Positions 4,598-5,767 of a stretch of DNA of 5,767 nucleotides are shown one piece after another (the stretch's first letter is position 1; each line of letters opens with the position of its first letter). Under the pieces are notes generated by a model. The model saw only the letters and a list, made by a program, of their open reading frames with translations. It had not been told where the DNA came from and made no database searches. The translations under genes were made by a program, and so were the position numbers. The DNA lies in NCBI GenBank assembly GCA_035357435.1, contig DAOPNM010000028.1, positions 1-5,767 of the forward strand, given 5' to 3'. The DNA comes from an archaeon. GTDB lineage: Archaea > Iainarchaeota > Iainarchaeia > Iainarchaeales > CSSED10-239.

Positions 4598-5488
4598 ATG
4601 ATTTATGTAACAGGCCATGCAATTCCAAGTGCAGATATAGATAGTGTATTTTCATCCATATTAGTGTGTGGATACATTGAAAACAAATATAAACAAAAAA
4701 CATTGCCAATAAACATAAACAAAAAAAATAGAAACATAGAAAAACTTCTTAAAACACTTGGATATCAATACCCTAAAAAATATAATATAACAAAACAAGA
4801 TGTATTTGTGCTTGTTGATCATAATGACCCAAATGAATCAATTTGGGCAAAAGGGATAAACAACAAAATATATGGAATAATTGATCACAGAAAAAAGACA
4901 GGAAAAACTAAACCAGAAAAATTTGAAATTATTAAAGATGCAGGAGCATGTGCATCAATAATTTATCAACTTTATAAAAAAAATAAAATAGAAATATCTA
5001 AAAAACAAGCAATACTTTTTTTGTATGCAATAATTTCTGACACCTATAATCTAAACTTAAATGCTAAAAAAATAGATAAACAAATAATAAAAGAAATATA
5101 TCAAAGATACAAAATAAAACAAACACAAGAACAAATATATGATATCATCTACAAAACAGAAACACAAGAAAAAAAATCTATAAAAAAACTATTGTTTGAT
5201 GATTTAAAAGCGTATACAATAAACAACAAAAGAATATATATATCAAACATAAAAACTAAAAACAAAAAAATAAACAAGCAAAAAATAAAAAAAGAAATAG
5301 AAAAACTCAGAAGAGAAAGAACACAACTATGGTGTGTAAACATTATGGACATAGAACAAAAAACATCAGAAATATTATATTATGGAAAACCAGAACTTTT
5401 AAAATTATTTAAAAACGAAAAATATAATAAATTGGTTTCAAGAAAAAACTATATATTGCCATTAATTACAAAGGTTCTAAAAAAATAA
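4598..5488 (+). CDS. ppaC: Family II inorganic pyrophosphatase-like DHH/DHHA2 phosphoesterase (DHH motif is DHR)
   Basis: 296 aa. It is collinear with B. subtilis PpaC: GH7AIPSAD13ID15S (GHQNPDTDTICS), LVD74HN (LVDHNE), IID96H97R98 (IDHHR), IISD148T (IISDS), DLK204AY (DAKEF), and C-terminal VSR282K283NYILPLIT (VSRKKQVVPVLT). There is no SD; a TATAAAAA box starts 27 nt upstream of the ATG. Confidence 0.75.
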   Translation: MIYVTGHAIPSADIDSVFSSILVCGYIENKYKQKTLPININKKNRNIEKLLKTLGYQYPKKYNITKQDVFVLVDHNDPNESIWAKGINNKIYGIIDHRKKTGKTKPEKFEIIKDAGACASIIYQLYKKNKIEISKKQAILFLYAIISDTYNLNLNAKKIDKQIIKEIYQRYKIKQTQEQIYDIIYKTETQEKKSIKKLLFDDLKAYTINNKRIYISNIKTKNKKINKQKIKKEIEKLRRERTQLWCVNIMDIEQKTSEILYYGKPELLKLFKNEKYNKLVSRKNYILPLITKVLKK

Positions 5489-5493
5489 AAAGA

Positions 5494-5501
5494 TTTAAAT
5501 A
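5494..5501 (+). promoter_or_regulatory. Candidate archaeal TATA box (TTTAAATA) for the wHTH gene
   Basis: It matches the archaeal TTTAWATA consensus exactly. A start site about 26 nt downstream would give a ~25 nt leader carrying the GGTGAT site. AT-rich background makes chance matches common. Confidence 0.35.
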
Positions 5502-5538
5502 TATATTCATACATAATATTTATTAGTTAATAACAATT

Positions 5539-5544
5539 GGTGAT
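5539..5544 (+). promoter_or_regulatory. Shine-Dalgarno GGTGAT upstream of the wHTH gene
   Basis: GGTGAT at 5539-5544, ATG at 5549. Confidence 0.5.
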
Positions 5545-5548
5545 TAAA

Positions 5549-5767
5549 ATGACACAATTAATTTTAGAACAAAAATTAAAGCACACCCCTACCTTAAATA
5601 CAGTAATTATGGTAGAAAATGTCTTAAAAAATATAGATGATAGTGTTATAACAATAGCAGAACTTAAAAGAAAACTTCCTAGGCAGGTTAATCATACAAC
5701 ATTAAAAATAATTCTTGAATATTTAGAAAAAAGTAATAAGATTGCTGTAAGTTTAAAAGGCATAACT
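5549..5767 (+). CDS. Partial CDS (first 73 codons; continues past the right window edge): small winged helix-turn-helix protein, putative DNA-binding regulator
   Basis: MTQLILEQKLKHTPTLNTVIMVENVLKNIDDSVITIAELKRKLPRQVNHTTLKIILEYLEKSNKIAVSLKGIT... The segment 'ITIAELKRKL...NHTTLKIILEYLEKSNKI' has a typical wHTH helix2-turn-helix3 pattern followed by a wing. GGTGAT lies 4 nt upstream of the ATG, with a TTTAAATA box about 50 nt upstream. Confidence 0.65.
   Translation, partial: MTQLILEQKLKHTPTLNTVIMVENVLKNIDDSVITIAELKRKLPRQVNHTTLKIILEYLEKSNKIAVSLKGIT

Noticed and set aside
5149-5352. 67-aa minus-strand ORF inside the PPase-like gene
   Set aside because: It is the antisense of the Lys-rich stretch (poly-AAA read as poly-TTT, giving Phe), a typical shadow ORF.
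1-5767. Possible stop-codon reassignment (no TGA among the seven complete stops: five TAA, two TAG), and a search for CRISPR repeats, tRNA/rRNA, IS elements and integrases
   Set aside because: Seven genes are too few to infer anything from the absence of TGA in an AT-rich genome, and all ORFs are full length under the standard code. I saw no regularly spaced repeats, no G+C-rich structured segment, no terminal inverted repeats and no recombinase-like ORF.

Overview
The window is very AT-rich (by eye about 25-30% G+C, not counted) and tightly packed. It holds nine protein-coding genes, two of them truncated by the window edges. I found no rRNA, tRNA, CRISPR array, transposase/integrase or recognisable defence genes.

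Gene order:
- (-) 5' part of a membrane protein, possibly a FlaJ/TadC-type pilus platform
- (+) small Pyrococcus/Thermotoga-type single-cluster ferredoxin, 3 nt upstream of (+) an endonuclease IV-type TIM-barrel metalloenzyme
- (-) zinc-ribbon protein with a disordered tail, overlapping the endonuclease gene tail-to-tail by 6 nt
- (-) membrane-anchored 4-Cys protein whose N-terminus fits an archaeal class III (type IV pilin-like) signal peptide
- a co-directional (+) run: split-barrel flavin reductase-like protein, long-form CofE-like (F420-0:gamma-glutamyl ligase family) protein, family II pyrophosphatase-like DHH/DHHA2 protein with DHH changed to DHR, and the start of a small winged-helix protein

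Several signals suggest a small-genome archaeon, possibly DPANN-like: GGTGA(T)/GGAG ribosome-binding sites, TTTAWATA-like boxes about 25 nt upstream of SD-less starts, oligo-T after stops, and Lys/Asn/Ile-rich proteins. This lineage call is inference only.

The best candidate for something undescribed is the flavin reductase-like / CofE-like pair, with the PPase-like and wHTH genes downstream. It resembles a split, non-orthologous analogue of the two-domain FbiB architecture. The evidence is motif-level only and needs database and structure checks. The rest of the window looks like ordinary housekeeping or surface genes with a few modest oddities.
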